64,000 bases of DNA from an uncultured Acidobacteriota bacterium (GTDB lineage Bacteria; Acidobacteriota; UBA6911; RPQK01; JAPXNP01): assembly GCA_963777605.1 (NCBI GenBank), contig CAVZRV010000008.1:160001-224000 (forward strand). Direction: 5' to 3'. The translations under genes and the position numbers were made by a program. The stretch's first letter is position 1; each line of letters starts with the position of its first letter. Below, in pieces: positions 60,693 to 64,000 of this stretch. The notes below the pieces were generated by a model. The model searched no databases and had not been told where the DNA came from. It was given only the letters and a program-made list of their open reading frames with translations.

Positions 60693-63600
60693 CGAGGGTC
60701 GTGCGCCTGCTCGTCCTGCTGGCAATGGTGACTTCCTTCGGCGTGGGGGAGGGCCGCCTGTGGGCCCAGACGTTATTGGCTTGCGGCGATCGCGTCGAGG
60801 GAGAGATCGCTGCGGCGGGCGAACTGGATCGGTACAGGTTCCAGGCCGAGGTCGGAGAGGCGATCCAGTTGGTCGGAGAGAGTCTCGATCGGGGTCTGCA
60901 ACTCGAGATACGTCTCCGCGACCCGTCCGGGCAACTGGTCTTCACCAAGCTGCTTGCGTTACCCCGATCGGGGTCGATCGAGCTGTCCGAGACCGGCGAA
61001 TACACCCTGGAAGTTCACGACTACGTTGATCAGAATACGGGGAGATATGCGCTCAGCCTGCAGTTTACGACCGGCCGGTGTGCTGAATCGATCGGATGCG
61101 GAGACAGCCGGGAAGGGGCGGTTTCCGTCCGTGCAGAGCAAAGAGCCTTCAGGTTTGAGGGTTCGTCCGTGAGAGGTGGTTCGCGTCATTTCCGGGCTCG
61201 CCTCATCCCCTGAACGGTTTCCGGTAGCGGAACTCTTCGGCCCGGGTGGGGACCTCGTGGACGCGGATCAGACCGGGGACTCGGGCAGCGTAGTCCTGCA
61301 GGAGGACGGCCGCTACACTTTGCTCCTGAGTCGCTTTTTCAGCTTTTTCGAGCAGCCTCGCCTCGACACGTTCGGGGTCAGCCTCCAGTCCCCTTCCGGG
61401 CATTGCTCGGCCCACGTGGGCGATGGTGAGGTCATTGAGCGGCAAGTGACCTCCATTGTCCAGCAGGAGGCGCTCAGCTTCCCGGGGAGTGCAGGATCCT
61501 GGGCCAATATCGACGCCGAGGCGTTGGATTACGATGCCTGGGAGCCGGAAATCACGCTGTTCGACCAACTGGGTACGGAGATCGGAGTCGCGACCGGGCC
61601 GAAGGCGGACTTCTTCATCCCCTGGAATAGCGAGTTCACGGCAATCGTGGCAACCCGCGAGGATCGCCCCCGTGCCTACAGGGCGATGGTCAACCTTCCA
61701 GCCTCCCGGCAGGCGTTGGTGACCAATCGGCTCTACCAGTCTCCTGTTCTTTCCTCCGCCGCAGCATTCAACTCCCGGAGCAACCAGTTCGTCGAGGTCT
61801 ACGCCCTTGATGTCTCGGGATATGGGGAGTACGAGATCTATGGACGGAGGCTCGACGGAGAAACACTCGAGCCGATTGGAGAGGAAATCAGGATCAGTCG
61901 AATGGGTCCGGACGGCGACCCCAGATTCCAGGCGACCGATCCGGACGTCTCCTATGATCCCGTTGGCGACCGGTACCTGGTTGTCTGGTCGGGTGAGAAA
62001 TCGGTTGACGGCAGGTTCGAGGTTTACGGGCAGTTTCTGGGTGGAGGGACGGGGGCGGAAATCGGCCAGGATGACTTCCGGATTACCTATTCCGGGGCGG
62101 AGGGAACCCCGGCTTTCGGGGCGTTCCGACCGCGGGTGACCGCTCTGGGATCGAGTGGGCAATACTACCTCTGCTGGCACGCCGACACGAGAGTTGATGG
62201 AGCCTTCGACGTGTTCGGTCAGCGACTGGGAGACGACGGTCTGCCGCTGGGCAGTCCCTTGAGGCTCAACAGCGTCTCCGCCGCAGGCCTTGCGTCTTCG
62301 GCAAGGAATCCCGCACTGGCGTACAACCCGGATCGGGGAGAAGTACTGGTTGCCTGGCAGGGACCGGGCCTGGGCGGTGCCGAACCCCGGGTTTTGGCAG
62401 CCCGCTTCAATGCTTCGACAGGTGCTGCTCTTGGCGGCGGGGCGGTGGTGGTTGGCCCGGGCGCGGATGAGAAATTACCTGCCGGAAGTGACTCGCCGCC
62501 GGCCGTGTGCCTGGCGCGCCAAAAGGGCGAGTACCTGGTGACGTGGTCGTCCTTCGAGGGCAGGATTCTTGGAAGACGGGTCGATGCGGCAACCGGAGAG
62601 CTTCTTGGTTATGGTTCAATTCCAATCAGCGCGGGCGTCGGCGGGTCCCATCCGGCCGTGTCCCAAAGTGACGGGAGCGACAAGTTCCTCGTAGTGTGGC
62701 AGCAGGATGTCGGAGGCGGTAAACAGGAGATTGCCGGTCAGCGGATCGACGCCCTTCGCGGGCTCAGGTCGGGGGAATTGACCTTTCCGGTCAGCCGGAC
62801 CGGCCCGGAGGGAAACAGTAGCTATTCCGCGCGCCTCCCCAACCTGGTCCGCCAGAGTCACGGGGGACGGTACCTGGTAAGTTGGGCGGGGAACGCTCAA
62901 GCAGTGGGGGGGAACTACCTGGTTGCGTCAGGTCTGCCGGTTCTCGAGGGGGCGAGCGCGGGCCACCTGAACTGGATCATAGGCGCCCGGGAGACCCTGT
63001 TGGGACAGAGCGGGTTCCACTTTTCGGGAGCGGTTTCGTCGGCCGGGAGCGATGGTGTCGTCGTGGTCGGCGGATTTGGAGCCTTGACCAGGATTGACTC
63101 GAATGGAGCTGTCCAGTGGAAGCTGGCATCCAGTCAATTCGTGTCCACGCCGGTGGCCTTCCCTCTGACGACACTCGGGGGCAATTTCCTCATCCCTGGC
63201 CAGGCAGGATCGAGTGAAACCGCGGGGTCGCTCAACGCCGTCAGTGCTGGAGGCAGTCAACTCTGGCACCGAGCGGCAGAGGCAGGCGGCTGGGGGCCCC
63301 TTGCGGAAAGTCCGGATTCCGTCTTGTACGGGATCACCTCCGACGGGCACCTCACGGCTGTCGACGGGGAAGGTCAGGAAGTCTGGTCGTTCTCGACAGG
63401 AGAATTCACTCCCACGGCGGCACCCGTCATCGATCCTGGAGGTCGAATCCTGCTTGCAGCGCGGAAGAGTGAGAGCCCGGGTGAAAGTCGCCTCTTTGAG
63501 CTCGACCTCTCTGGGACCCTCGACTGGTCGCTGGATCTCGGCTGGGATATTCCCGACGATTACGCCGTTGCTCTCGGTCCTGACGGAACGGCTTACGTAG

Positions 63601-64000
63601 GAGGGAACTACCTGGGCGCCGTCGGTGCTGACGGCACCCTTGAGTGGAAAACACCCCTCGCAACCAGCGATGGCTCAGCTCCCTGTCGGCCCGCAGTCGG
63701 GCTTCAGGGACAGGTGATCTGCTCTTCGGGCAACGGCGTGCAGGCATTCGGTCCGGCCGGGGACAGGATCTGGACCTTTCAGGCGGATGACGAGGCCGAA
63801 ACGTTTGGCCCGTACCCGGCCCTGGACGGAAACGGTGGACTTTACGCTGTCTCGACCCGGGAGACAGTTACAGGTCCCGCCGGCCGGCTTTACTGCCTGA
63901 ACGGCATGGGGAAACTTCAATGGAAGAGAAGCCTGGGGGGCCAGGGATTCGAACAGTCCGTGCCTTCCTTTGACGAGCAGGGGAGCCTCTACCTGGTTTC
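60689..64000 (+). CDS. Large secreted/surface protein (PPC-like domains, YLVVW-type repeats, PQQ-like beta-propeller); partial, frameshift at about 61170
   Basis: Signal peptide from ATG 60689. After tccgtgagag a new frame stays open from 61173 to the window end: ..YLVVWSG..EVYGQ..FDVFGQRL..FLVVWQ..; DGEGQEVWSF, ADGTLEWK, NGMGKLQWK. Confidence 0.75.

Overview
GC-rich bacterial chromosomal window, probably from an Acidobacteriota-like metagenome assembly (inferred from paired CRTAC1/ASPIC-UnbV genes, many lipoprotein sulfatases and hydrolases, Tat-exported enolase/isomerase homologues and a TonB C-terminal motif). It holds about 45 CDS. DNA repair: mutY, dinB, recQ and an Mre11/SbcD-like nuclease paired with a membrane-anchored Rad50/YhaN-like ATPase. 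Metabolism and transport: 2-oxoacid dehydrogenase E1a/E1b/E2, cysE, modBC, a CDF transporter and ftsH. Signalling: MCP, PilZ, a NarL-type regulator and a PAS/GAF kinase. There are also cell-wall enzymes and a sulfatase/glycosidase/esterase cluster. I saw no rRNA, tRNA, CRISPR array or transposase. Four genes are frameshifted, most likely by long-read indel errors. The most notable unexplained signals are: a hairpin-rich dispersed repeat of about 240 bp present twice, one copy inside a modular REP-like intergenic array; three sigma-54 promoters with upstream palindromes; a four-gene nuclease/SMC-ATPase/decarboxylase/surface-protein operon; an amidase with three atypical LysM-like repeats; and a GH42-like protein that appears to lack the clan-A nucleophile. 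All calls come from reading motifs by eye; no searches were run.
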